Below the pieces are notes generated by a model. That model did not search any database, was not told the origin of the DNA, and saw only the letters and a list, made by a program, of their open reading frames with translations. The translations under genes were made by a program, and so were the position numbers. Shown here one piece after another: positions 39,308 to 48,860 of a DNA stretch of 64,000 nucleotides. Numbering within the stretch: position 1 is the first letter of the stretch; every line of letters begins with the position of its first letter. The stretch is from NCBI GenBank assembly GCA_963810935.1, contig CAWEPK010000009.1, forward strand, positions 32,001 through 96,000, given 5' to 3'. The DNA comes from an uncultured delta proteobacterium. Its GTDB lineage: Bacteria > Desulfobacterota > Syntrophorhabdia > Syntrophorhabdales > WCHB1-27.

Positions 39308-40336
39308 ATGGCATTGAAGGTAGTCAATATATTCGGCGTACCGGGCATCGATTTCGGCTACGAGCTAATTGACGGCTCCGGCGTCGCGCTGGAAAAGGGC
39401 ATGTATAAGACCGAGGAGGACATAATCAGAGTGGCCGCAGACGCGGACGCCGTTATCGGTGTAGTCTCCGTCCATCCTTTCAACCGCCGGCTGCTTTCGG
39501 CCCTTCCGAAATGCCGCATTATAGCGGGCATAGGCATAGGCTACGACACGGTCGACCTGGAGGCCGCATCCGAGCTGGGCATAGCGGTCACGAACGTCCC
39601 CGACTACTGCCTGGACGAGGTGTCGGGGCTCGCCATGGCCTTTGTGCTGGCGCTTGGCCACAAGCTTTTCCCCATAGACAAGGCCGTAAGGACGCACCGC
39701 ACCGTTTTCACCCAGGACAGAAAAGGATTGAACGAGTTCGCCGCCCCGATGTTCAGGATGCGCGACCAGACGGTCGGCATCGTAGGCATCGGAAAGATAG
39801 GCACGGTCGTCGCCCTGAAGGCCAGGGGCCTCGGCATGCGCGTGATCGGCTATGACCCTTACGTGCTGAAGCCGGTCCTGGAAAGCAGGGGGGTGTTGCC
39901 TGTAGACATGGCAACCCTGCTTCGCGAGGCCGACTTCGTGACTACGCACACCCCGCTCAACGCGGAGACGAACGGCCTGTTCGGCTACGACGAGTTCAAG
40001 CAGATGAAGCGGACTGCTTACTTCATCAATACGTCGCGCGGAGGGGTCGTGGAGCAGGCAGGACTGATACGCGCCTTGCAGGAGGGGCTCATCGCCGGGG
40101 CGGGGATAGACGTGACCGTCGAAGAGCCTATCGCGCCCGACAACCCGCTGCTCGGAATGTCGAACGTCATACTAACCGGCCACAGCGCCTGGTATTCGGT
40201 TGTCTCCGATTATGACCTGCACAGAAGGCCCATGACGCAGGTACTCCAGGCGCTCAAGGGCGAGTGGCCGACCTACGCAGTCAACCCGGAAGGAAAGGCC
40301 AGGTGGACGGCCAGGTGGACAGACCGGGGGATCTAA
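39308..40336 (+). CDS. D-2-hydroxyacid dehydrogenase (CtBP-like)
   Basis: TNVPDYCLDEV, GIGKIG, HTPLN, INTSRG, DV...EP, GHSAWYS. Confidence 0.9.
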   Translation: MALKVVNIFGVPGIDFGYELIDGSGVALEKGMYKTEEDIIRVAADADAVIGVVSVHPFNRRLLSALPKCRIIAGIGIGYDTVDLEAASELGIAVTNVPDYCLDEVSGLAMAFVLALGHKLFPIDKAVRTHRTVFTQDRKGLNEFAAPMFRMRDQTVGIVGIGKIGTVVALKARGLGMRVIGYDPYVLKPVLESRGVLPVDMATLLREADFVTTHTPLNAETNGLFGYDEFKQMKRTAYFINTSRGGVVEQAGLIRALQEGLIAGAGIDVTVEEPIAPDNPLLGMSNVILTGHSAWYSVVSDYDLHRRPMTQVLQALKGEWPTYAVNPEGKARWTARWTDRGI

Positions 40337-40367
40337 AGACCCGCGAAAGCGACGACGAGGGGACAAT

Positions 40368-41588
40368 ATGAATAACCCGATACGTTTGAATCATCGCCTG
40401 TGGGAAGGCGGGGGAACGATAGAGCTGGAGCTTCCGGAGCGCTGGAACGTGCAGGTCCTCGGCATGAACGGGGACAGCAAGCGGGTGCTCGGCGAAGCCG
40501 ATTACGACGCCTGCCTCTCGCGCCTCGCGCCGCTCGTCTCGGGGCACAAGGAAATCTGCGTTGCCTTCGACGATATCTCCAGGCCCACCAAGGCGTTCCG
40601 CCTCATCCCTTCCCTGCTCCGCCTCTTCGCGAAATGCGGGATCGCGGACGGGCAGGTCCGCTTTCTCTGCGCCCTCGGGGCGCACGGGGCCCTCGACAAC
40701 GCGTCTTTCCGGAAGAAGCTCGGACCGGAGGTGATGGAGCGATTCCCGGTGTATAACCACAACTGCCATGGACCGGCGCACGACTTCGGCAAAACGGCCC
40801 TCGGCACGCCCGTTCTGGTCAATAAAGAGTACAGCGGCTGCGACCTCACCATCGGCATAGGCTCCTTCGTCCCCCACGCCTTCTGCGGCTACGGCGGTGG
40901 TTACAAGATCGTCATGCCCGGCGTCGCCCATATCGATGCCATCACCCACCATCATGGGATGCTTTCATGGGAGGGCATGAAGTTCGAGCTCGGGAACGTG
41001 ACGGGAAATGCGTTTCACGACGACATGAGGGAATTCGGGAAGATAGCGGGCCTCGATATAAAGATCGACCTCCTTGTCAACTCGAACGCGGAAGGGACGG
41101 ATATTTTCGCCGGGGAGCCGGACCGCCTCTACGACTATATGCTCAAGCTGGCGCCCGCCCATTACGCTTCAGCGGTCCCGGGCAAGGCGGACATCGTTTT
41201 TGCGAACGTCTACGCCAAGGGCAACGAGGCGGCAATCGCTGTGGCCCAGTCCGAGAAACTCCTTAAGGACGAAGGCGGCGACATCGTCTGCCTCTGCGAC
41301 AGCGAGATGGGACAGGTGGTGCACTATGTTTTCGGGCGGTTCGGCAAGGAGACGTGGGGCAGGCTGGCTGGAGGGCCGAGGCGGAAGGGCCCGAACGTGC
41401 GCAGGATATTCCTGTACTCCCGCTATAAGGACATTGCAGGCGGCTACTGCTTCGGCAAGGACGACGAGATATTCTGGTATAGCGACATAAAGGAGATCGT
41501 GAAGGTGTTGGACGAGGATTATAGAGGCAAGGCGGTGGACGCCTATGTCTTGCCGGACGCGACCATACAGACTTTCCCGGGCGCTTGA
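40368..41588 (+). CDS. LarA-family nickel-pincer 2-hydroxyacid racemase/epimerase
   Basis: DDISRPT, ALGAH, HN, PHAFCGYGGGYK...PG, conserved His in ITHHHG. Confidence 0.85.
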   Translation: MNNPIRLNHRLWEGGGTIELELPERWNVQVLGMNGDSKRVLGEADYDACLSRLAPLVSGHKEICVAFDDISRPTKAFRLIPSLLRLFAKCGIADGQVRFLCALGAHGALDNASFRKKLGPEVMERFPVYNHNCHGPAHDFGKTALGTPVLVNKEYSGCDLTIGIGSFVPHAFCGYGGGYKIVMPGVAHIDAITHHHGMLSWEGMKFELGNVTGNAFHDDMREFGKIAGLDIKIDLLVNSNAEGTDIFAGEPDRLYDYMLKLAPAHYASAVPGKADIVFANVYAKGNEAAIAVAQSEKLLKDEGGDIVCLCDSEMGQVVHYVFGRFGKETWGRLAGGPRRKGPNVRRIFLYSRYKDIAGGYCFGKDDEIFWYSDIKEIVKVLDEDYRGKAVDAYVLPDATIQTFPGA

Positions 41589-41652
41589 TCTTAGCCGCTT
41601 GCGGGCGCATGGCAGGACCCTAGGGAAAGTCAAATCGAACTGTGAGGTATTC

Positions 41653-42792
41653 ATGAGAATTTTCGGCGCAGGTGAGTTAGCAAGCGACGTTCAGGACCGG
41701 GGCCTTTGCATCGGCTGCGGGGCCTGCGTTGACTTGTGTCCATATTTCCGCAACCACCGGGGCAGGACCGTCCGGCTGTTTGCCTGTGGCCTTCCTCAGG
41801 GGCGCTGCTACGCGGCGTGCCCGAAGGCCGAGGTGGACCTTGACGAGCTGGCCGGCACATACTGGCACGCATCCTACAGGGGCGATCCCATTGGCCCCTT
41901 TGAGGCGGCGTACGCCGCAAAGGCGGGCAAGGCGATGGTGCAAGGGACCTTCCAGGGGGGCGGCGCAGTCTCGGCTCTCCTCATCGCCGCTATGAAACAA
42001 GGACTGATCGAGGCGGCAGTCCTGACGGCAAGCGACGAGAAAGGCCCCGTACCCGTCCTCGCGACGACGCCCGGCGAAATCGTCGCCTGCGCTTCTTCCA
42101 AGTTCCAGGCGGCGCCTACGCTGGCGGCCCTGAACCGCGCGGCAGCTTCGGGCATGCGGCGCCTGGCATTCGTGGGCACGCCCTGCCAGGTCACGGGACT
42201 CGCCAAAATGAGGACCAACCCACTCCACCGGGAAGACTTCGCGGACCCCGTCTCCCTCGTGATCGGGCTTTTCTGCAACTGGTCCCTGGACCAAAGGGCC
42301 ATTTCCGCGTACCTCGCCGGCAGGCTCGACCTTTCGCGGGTCAAGGGCATGGACATCCCTCCGCCTCCGGCCGGCATGCTCCGGGTAGACCTTGGCGACG
42401 AGGTAATGGAAATACCCCTCGACGAGATAAGGCCTTTTATCCCCGACACGTGCAGCCTCTGCCCGGACATGACGTCGGAATGGGCCGACATATCAGTGGG
42501 GATGCATGAAGGGGCTCCGGGCTGGAATACGCTCCTGGTGCGCACCGCCGTAGGCCGTACCCTAGTGGAAGGCGCTGTAGCAGCCGGCCTGCTGGTCGCG
42601 GAGCCGATACCGTCCGCGACTATCGAGCACCTTATGGAAGCATCCGGCGCGAAGAAACGGCGGGCCTTCAAGGCTCTCAAGGACCGGGGGCTCGTGAATT
42701 GCGCGGGGGAGACGGAGAGGGCCCTTCTGCGGGTGCCGGCGGACGTCCTCGACGCTGTTATTTCGGGAACCGATGGAGGAAGCCATGCCTAG
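41653..42792 (+). CDS. FrhB/FdhB-like (F420 hydrogenase beta family) iron-sulfur flavoprotein
   Basis: LCIGCGACVDLCP, CYAACP, QGGGAVS, VGTPCQ, IGLFC, CSLCPD, ADISVG, GWN. Confidence 0.88.
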   Translation: MRIFGAGELASDVQDRGLCIGCGACVDLCPYFRNHRGRTVRLFACGLPQGRCYAACPKAEVDLDELAGTYWHASYRGDPIGPFEAAYAAKAGKAMVQGTFQGGGAVSALLIAAMKQGLIEAAVLTASDEKGPVPVLATTPGEIVACASSKFQAAPTLAALNRAAASGMRRLAFVGTPCQVTGLAKMRTNPLHREDFADPVSLVIGLFCNWSLDQRAISAYLAGRLDLSRVKGMDIPPPPAGMLRVDLGDEVMEIPLDEIRPFIPDTCSLCPDMTSEWADISVGMHEGAPGWNTLLVRTAVGRTLVEGAVAAGLLVAEPIPSATIEHLMEASGAKKRRAFKALKDRGLVNCAGETERALLRVPADVLDAVISGTDGGSHA

Positions 42793-44746
42793 CATCCTAG
42801 AAGGTAAAGCAGGAGAGATTCGCCTTCTCCAGGGTAACGACGCCATCGCAAGAGGCGCCCTGGAGGCCGGCGTGAACGTCGTAAGCTCTTATCCGGGGAC
42901 GCCGTCATCCGAAATACCGGAGCGCCTCGCGGACGTGGCTGCCGAGCGCGGGCTCTACGTGGAATGGTCGACCAATGAAAAAGTAGCCCTCGAGGTGGCC
43001 GCGGCGGCGAGCTTCAGCGGCCTGCGCTCGATGTGCGTCATGAAACAGGTGGGGGTCAACGTAGCCTCCGACTTCCTCCTCCCTCTTGCCCAATACGGCA
43101 CCCGCGGCGCCATGGTCCTTGTCTCATGCGAAGACCCCGGTGCGCTCTCCAGCACGAATGAAGTCGATTCCCGACAGTACGCGCGCATGATGGAGCTGCC
43201 CATGGTCGAGCCGGGCGATATTGAAGAGGCCCGGACGATAACGAAGTGGGCCTTCGACCTGTCCGAAGAGTTGAAGACCGTCGTGATGGTCAGGAGCGTC
43301 ACCCGCATGTCGCACGCAAGCGGCGTCGTCGCGCTCGGGGAGCTGCCGCCCGTTTCTCACGAGTCTGCCCTTTTTAACTTCCACGGTCCTTTTCTCGGCC
43401 AGATGGAAGGACCCGTGGCGAATGAGCCGCCCACGGCAATCCCATTGCGCCGCAGGAACCAGGGAAAGCTGAAGAAGGCGGCGGAGCTGTTCGAGACGTC
43501 GCCTTTCAACACATACACGGGGCCTGCCAACCCTGAGCTTCTCATAATAACCAGTTCGGCGTGTAATCTATACTGCCGGGAGGCCGTCAACCTCCTGGGG
43601 CTCACCGGAAGAGTCGGCATTCTGAAGCTTGGCACAACATGGCCTTTACCCGCAGGTCTTCTGACCAGGCACCTCAAGATGTGCCGCCGGATATTCGTAG
43701 TGGAAGACCTGCTCCCCTTCATCGAGGAGAACGTCAAGGTCCTGGCGGCCGAGCTTGCTGCCGAGCTGGGGGTCCTTGAATTCCACGGAAAGCGCGACGG
43801 CACCCTGCCGTCCGTCGGCGAAATAGACACCGACCTGGTTATGGAAGCCCTGAACCGCCTCCTGGGCATAGAGGTTCACTCACCCGACGCCGAATTCCAG
43901 CGGGAGCTGGGAGAGGTTGTGGCCAAATACGTCCCAAGGCGAATGATGACGTTCTGCCCCGGCTGTCCCCACCGCGCCTCTTACTGGTCCATGCATACGG
44001 TCCTCACTCTCGACGACCGCGACGGCTTTGTCTGCGGAGACATCGGCTGCTATGCCCTGGGTACCATGCAGGCGGGCCTCAATGTAGTCAAGACCGTGCA
44101 CGCCATGGGCTCCGGGAGCGGTCTTGCCTCCGGCTTCGGAAAGCTGGGTACTTTCGGCATGGAGCAGCCTGTCCTCGCCGTGTGCGGCGACTCCACCTTC
44201 TTTCATTCGGCTCTGCCCGCTTTCGTTAATGCCGTCCACAACCGGTCAAACGCGGTCTTCATCGTCATGGATAACAGGGGCACGGCCATGACAGGCTTCC
44301 AGCCCCACCCGGGCAGTCCCCTGAATGCAATCGGCCAGACGGTCCACGCCGTGGATATAGAGGAAGCCTGCCGCGGCCTCGGCGCCCCCGTAGTGACCGC
44401 CGATCCCTTCGACATCAAGGACACCCAGGCGAAGCTCCTATCCATAATGGAGGCGCCGCCGGGCGTGAAGGTGCTTGTGCTGCGCCAGGCCTGTGCGCTG
44501 AGCCCGGAGAAAAAGGGCAAGAAACAATTCGAGGTGGAGGTGGATGAAACACTCTGCCTCGGGGAATCATGCGGCTGCAACAGGCTTTGCAGCAAGGCCT
44601 TCCGCTGCCCGGCACTCATCTGGGACAAAGAGGTCGGAAAGGCACGGGTGGACAGCGTGCTGTGCGCCGGATGCGGTGTATGCGCCTCGGTCTGCCCGAA
44701 AGGGGCAATTCAGAAAAGGGAGATGAACCAGAATGGAAGAGCATAA
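42785..44746 (+). CDS. iorA: Indolepyruvate (arylpyruvate):ferredoxin oxidoreductase alpha subunit
   Basis: GNDAIARG, YPGTPSSEI, NEKVALE, CPGCPHR, GDIGCY, GDSTFFHS, C-terminal ferredoxin. Confidence 0.92.
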   Translation: MPSILEGKAGEIRLLQGNDAIARGALEAGVNVVSSYPGTPSSEIPERLADVAAERGLYVEWSTNEKVALEVAAAASFSGLRSMCVMKQVGVNVASDFLLPLAQYGTRGAMVLVSCEDPGALSSTNEVDSRQYARMMELPMVEPGDIEEARTITKWAFDLSEELKTVVMVRSVTRMSHASGVVALGELPPVSHESALFNFHGPFLGQMEGPVANEPPTAIPLRRRNQGKLKKAAELFETSPFNTYTGPANPELLIITSSACNLYCREAVNLLGLTGRVGILKLGTTWPLPAGLLTRHLKMCRRIFVVEDLLPFIEENVKVLAAELAAELGVLEFHGKRDGTLPSVGEIDTDLVMEALNRLLGIEVHSPDAEFQRELGEVVAKYVPRRMMTFCPGCPHRASYWSMHTVLTLDDRDGFVCGDIGCYALGTMQAGLNVVKTVHAMGSGSGLASGFGKLGTFGMEQPVLAVCGDSTFFHSALPAFVNAVHNRSNAVFIVMDNRGTAMTGFQPHPGSPLNAIGQTVHAVDIEEACRGLGAPVVTADPFDIKDTQAKLLSIMEAPPGVKVLVLRQACALSPEKKGKKQFEVEVDETLCLGESCGCNRLCSKAFRCPALIWDKEVGKARVDSVLCAGCGVCASVCPKGAIQKREMNQNGRA

Positions 44747-45347
44747 ATTGACCCACGACCCTTACAACGTTGTCATCGCCGGCGTCGGAGGGCAGGGGAA
44801 TGTCCTGGCTTCCAAAATCCTCGCGAACGTGCTCGTGCATGAGGGCCTCGATGTGACCATCGGCGAGACCTTCGGTGCGACCCAGCGCGGCGGGTCCGTG
44901 ATGAGCCATCTCCGCATATCCCGCACGGGCTCCTGGTCGCCACTGATGCCGAGGGGCAGGGCCGATGTGATAGTCAGCCTCGAACCTATCGAGGCCATGC
45001 GGGTGCTCGCGCAGTACGGGAACCCGGACGTGATGGTGATCTCCAACAACAGGCCGGTCCATCCGGTAGGTGTAATCTGCGGCGAGGACGAATACCCTTC
45101 CCCCGAGCAGATAGAAGCCTGGCTCGGCAAGTTCAGCCGCCGCCACTGGCTCCTGCCTGCGACGGATGAGGCGACGAAGCTCGGCTCCGCCATACTTGCA
45201 AACATAATCCTGATCGGCGCCCTGGCCGCGACAGGCGTCCTGCCCCTCCCAAGGGAGGCATTCGCCGGCGTCATCGCTTCTACAATGCCCGGCAAAGAGG
45301 AGATGAACCTTAAGGCCTTCGACGTCGGCCGCCTGATGATCGGCTAA
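44733..45347 (+). CDS. iorB: Indolepyruvate:ferredoxin oxidoreductase beta subunit
   Basis: GVGGQGN, GATQRGGSVMSHLR, NIILIGAL, NLKAF. Confidence 0.92.
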   Translation: MEEHKLTHDPYNVVIAGVGGQGNVLASKILANVLVHEGLDVTIGETFGATQRGGSVMSHLRISRTGSWSPLMPRGRADVIVSLEPIEAMRVLAQYGNPDVMVISNNRPVHPVGVICGEDEYPSPEQIEAWLGKFSRRHWLLPATDEATKLGSAILANIILIGALAATGVLPLPREAFAGVIASTMPGKEEMNLKAFDVGRLMIG

Positions 45348-45540
45348 AGCCTGATTGATTCCGAAATGCTTGTGCAACCGCGGCAGGTGCCGGCCCTGGA
45401 CCTGTCGCCGCGTCCGATATCACGGTTGCGAAATAACGCCCTATCTTTTCCCTACACTTCTTGCAACTAAAGCCATATAGTTTAGAATAATAGTAAGCGC
45501 TTTCATGAGACGGGCCGCTCAATACAAAGGGAGGGTCGAT

Positions 45541-46413
45541 ATGGAGAAGAAGCCGGTAAGGAAGGCGATGGACTTGTTCGATAAGTACAGCAGCGGGTTG
45601 CTGGACCGCCGGGAATTCTTAAGGCGGCTGGCCGTCCTCGCCGGAGGGGCGGTGGCGGCAGGCGCGCTTCTGACCTCGTTGGAAAGGAGGCAAGCCATGG
45701 CAGACATTGTTCCGAAGGACGACCCCCGCCTCATTACGGAAGACGTCAAGTTCAAGGGCGCAACAGGCGAGATCAGCGCAAAGCTGGCAAGGCTGAAGGG
45801 GGACGCTAAATTGCCGGGTGTCCTTGTAATCAGCGAGAACCGGGGCCTCAACGCGCACATCGCCGACGTGGGCAGGCGGATTGCCCTGGAGGGTTTTCTG
45901 ACGCTTGCGCCCGACGCCCTCTCGCCTTTCGGCGGCACCCCGCCCGACGAGAACAAGGCCATCTCCATGATCGGCCGGCTCGACCAGGCATCGACGGTAA
46001 AAAATTTCATCGCAGCCGTCAAATACCTGAAGACAAACCCCATGTCCACGGGCAAGGTCGGCGTTGTCGGTTTTTGCTGGGGAGGGGGCATGGCAAACCA
46101 GCTTGCCGTCAATTCGCCCGACGTGACTGCCGTGGTCCCCTACTACGGAAGGCAGCCCGCTTCCGAGGACGTGCCGAAGATCAAGGCGTCCCTGCTCCTG
46201 CAATACGCAGGCAACGACGAAGGGATAGACAAGGGCATCCCGGCCTACGTGGAGGCGCTCAATAAGGCGCACGTCGATTACAAGCTCTATATGTACGAAG
46301 GGGCGCAGCACGCCTTCAACAACGATACGAACCGGGACCGGTACGACAAGGTGGCCGCCGACCTTGCCTGGAAGCGCACGATAGCTTTCCTGAAGGAGAA
46401 ATTAAAGACGTAG
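45541..46413 (+). CDS. Dienelactone hydrolase family protein with Tat-like signal
   Basis: DRREFL, ENRGLN, GFCWGG, YYG, HAFNND. Confidence 0.9.
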   Translation: MEKKPVRKAMDLFDKYSSGLLDRREFLRRLAVLAGGAVAAGALLTSLERRQAMADIVPKDDPRLITEDVKFKGATGEISAKLARLKGDAKLPGVLVISENRGLNAHIADVGRRIALEGFLTLAPDALSPFGGTPPDENKAISMIGRLDQASTVKNFIAAVKYLKTNPMSTGKVGVVGFCWGGGMANQLAVNSPDVTAVVPYYGRQPASEDVPKIKASLLLQYAGNDEGIDKGIPAYVEALNKAHVDYKLYMYEGAQHAFNNDTNRDRYDKVAADLAWKRTIAFLKEKLKT

Positions 46414-46440
46414 GGATAAGGCGGCCCCTTACCGGGGGCG

Positions 46441-47700
46441 TCACTTTCCTATGCAGCATTTCTTATATTTCCTGCCGCTGCCGCAGGGACAGGGGTCGTT
46501 GCGGCCCGGTTTTGCTGCTCCTCGCACGGGCGGCCTTGCCGCCGGCGGCATCCCTTCTCCATCGGCATGCCCCGTTTCCGATAACGCCGCGACCTGCGCG
46601 ATGAAAGGGCCGCAATGCGTGAAAAAATGCTTGTAGCCGGCGCAAAGGTAATTGAGCCCGTATTCGCCGTCCGGCGCAGTCAGGATGCGGTCCTTCGGGC
46701 ACCCGCCGTTGCACATCGCAAGCACCTCGCAGGATTTGCAGTAGCGGGGCAGGCTATGGAGCTTCGCCTGCCCGAAAGACCTCTGGCCTGGGCTTTCCAG
46801 CAGGTCGGCCAGCGGGGTTTTCATTATATTTCCCACGCGATGCGAAACGTCCGCGAAGTGGTCACAACAAAAGAAGTCGCCGTTTGCCTCGACCACGGGG
46901 ATATCGCCGCACGTCTTCCGGAAGACGCATAAGGCGTGCTCCCTGCCGAGGCCGGCCGCAATCGCCTCCTCGAAAATCTGCACCCTCAACCGCCCCACGT
47001 CATTATCCAGCCATTCGTCGAAGACGGCGCACAGGAAATCGCCGAAGGCATCAGGCGATGGGGCAAGCTCGCCCAGGCCGTCGCCGCCGGTTGCAGACTC
47101 GACGATCGGCAGAAACCCGATGTACCCGGCCCCTATCTCCTTGAAGAACCTGTAGACCTCGACCGGACGCCCGACGTTTCCCGCGTGGACCACGCAGAGG
47201 ATATCGCAGGGGACCGCATGCTGCCGCAAAAGGCGGTAGCCCCGCATCGCCCGCACGTGGCTGGGGCCGCCGCTTCCCGTGAGGCGATACCGGTCGTGCA
47301 ATTCCGCCGGGCCGTCCAGGCTGACGCCTGCGGTAAAACCTTCCGCTGCAAAGAAACGGCACCAATCCTCGTCGAGGAGCGTGGCGTTAGTCTGAATGCC
47401 GTTCATGATTTTCTTGCCGCTTTGTCTGTGCTTAGCTTGCAGGGCCACGATTTTCCGGAAGTAATCCAACCCTAGGAGGGTCGGCTCCCCTCCGTGCCAG
47501 GAGAACCTGACTTCCGGGCCGGCAGAGGCGTCGATATGCTGCCGTATATACTCCTCGAGGATATCATCCGCCATGCCGGGCGGGCCGCCTTTTAGCTGGA
47601 GGGTTTCCCTGCCGGTGTAATAGCAATAGCTGCACGCCAGGTTGCAGGCGGAGCCGGCCGGTTTGGCGAAAATTTGAAATTCCCTTTGTGTCCCTGCCAT
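46441..47700 (-). CDS. Anaerobic sulfatase maturase-like radical SAM/SPASM protein with SEC-C motif
   Basis: CNLACSYCYY, WHGGEP, SLDG, CDHF, CNGGCPKDR, GRNDPCPCGSGRKYKKCC. Confidence 0.9.
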   Translation of the reverse strand: MAGTQREFQIFAKPAGSACNLACSYCYYTGRETLQLKGGPPGMADDILEEYIRQHIDASAGPEVRFSWHGGEPTLLGLDYFRKIVALQAKHRQSGKKIMNGIQTNATLLDEDWCRFFAAEGFTAGVSLDGPAELHDRYRLTGSGGPSHVRAMRGYRLLRQHAVPCDILCVVHAGNVGRPVEVYRFFKEIGAGYIGFLPIVESATGGDGLGELAPSPDAFGDFLCAVFDEWLDNDVGRLRVQIFEEAIAAGLGREHALCVFRKTCGDIPVVEANGDFFCCDHFADVSHRVGNIMKTPLADLLESPGQRSFGQAKLHSLPRYCKSCEVLAMCNGGCPKDRILTAPDGEYGLNYLCAGYKHFFTHCGPFIAQVAALSETGHADGEGMPPAARPPVRGAAKPGRNDPCPCGSGRKYKKCCIGK

Positions 47701-47969
47701 TCGTCAACCCTCTTGCGACAACGTTTTAATCGATGATCTCACGATAAAAATCGCCTGTCCATGACAACAACGAGTATAGGGGGATTAACGTTTCCGGTCA
47801 AGAAGCATCTTTTTGTTTGCTTACGCCTCGCGCGTATACTGTTTGCGATTTTCTTGACATAGCAGGCCAAAAAGAATAAACAGTTAAAGTGACCGTGTGC
47901 CGCGATACGGGGGGACATGGGAGCGCGTCTTTGGAAGCCGCGCATCGAAGGGGTAGGGGGGAACGAACA

Positions 47970-48803
47970 ATGGCATTCGAAGCGATTCTGTACACTGTAG
48001 CCGACCGCATCGCCACGATAACGCTCAACAGGCCCGACAGGCTCAACGCATGGACGCCCCGCATGTCCGGGGAGGTGCGCGACGCAATGTTTCGGGCGGC
48101 GCGGGACGAGGCGGTGCGCGTGATAATCCTGACGGGGGCGGGACGCGCGTTTTGTGCGGGAGCGGACATGTCCGAGCTGAAGACCGCGACGGAACAGGGC
48201 GCATCCGCGCTGGACAACATGGATGAAGAAAGCCGGATGAACATCCACGAACTCGGAGACGTGCGGGCCGATTTTTCGAAGCGCTATTCTTATTTTCCCG
48301 CCATCCCCAAGCCGGTTATCGGGGCCCTCAACGGGACCGCGGTAGGGATCGGGTTCGCCATCGCGCTATATTGCGACATGCGCATCGCGTCGCAAAGCGC
48401 CCGGTTTTCAACGCTTTTTGCGCAGCGCGGGTTAATAGCCGAGCACGGCATGAGCTGGATGCTGCCCAGGATCGTCGGCATGGCGAACGCCCTCGACATG
48501 CTTTTCTCGGCGCGCATGGTCGGCGCGGAAGAGGCGCTCCGCATAGGGCTCGTCTCCGCGGTCGTCCCGGACGAGCAGCTCCTCGAAGAGGCGCTCTCGG
48601 TCGGCGCGAGGCTATCCACGGCTGTATCGCCCCGCTCGCTGAAAATAATGAAGCGGCAAATTTACGACGCGCAATTTCAAACCCTCGCGGAGGCAATCGA
48701 CCTGGCCGACGAGGAGATGCGTCTTAGCCTTGAGTCGGACGATTTCAAGGAAGGCGTCGCCCATTTCATCGAAAAGCGGGCGCCTGCTTTTACAGGTAAG
48801 TAA
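47970..48803 (+). CDS. Enoyl-CoA hydratase/isomerase family protein
   Basis: ITLNRPDRLNA, AFCAGADM, KPVIGALNG, DFKEGVAHFIEKR. Confidence 0.92.
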   Translation: MAFEAILYTVADRIATITLNRPDRLNAWTPRMSGEVRDAMFRAARDEAVRVIILTGAGRAFCAGADMSELKTATEQGASALDNMDEESRMNIHELGDVRADFSKRYSYFPAIPKPVIGALNGTAVGIGFAIALYCDMRIASQSARFSTLFAQRGLIAEHGMSWMLPRIVGMANALDMLFSARMVGAEEALRIGLVSAVVPDEQLLEEALSVGARLSTAVSPRSLKIMKRQIYDAQFQTLAEAIDLADEEMRLSLESDDFKEGVAHFIEKRAPAFTGK

Positions 48804-48860
48804 GGCGCAAACGGGGCTTCCATGAAGGGCAGACGGGCTTTCACCGAACCCGCATGGTGC

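Noticed and set aside
46441..47700. Radical SAM/SPASM enzyme as a RiPP maturase
   Set aside because: Motifs and SEC-C tail fit anaerobic sulfatase maturases, and no plausible precursor peptide is adjacent
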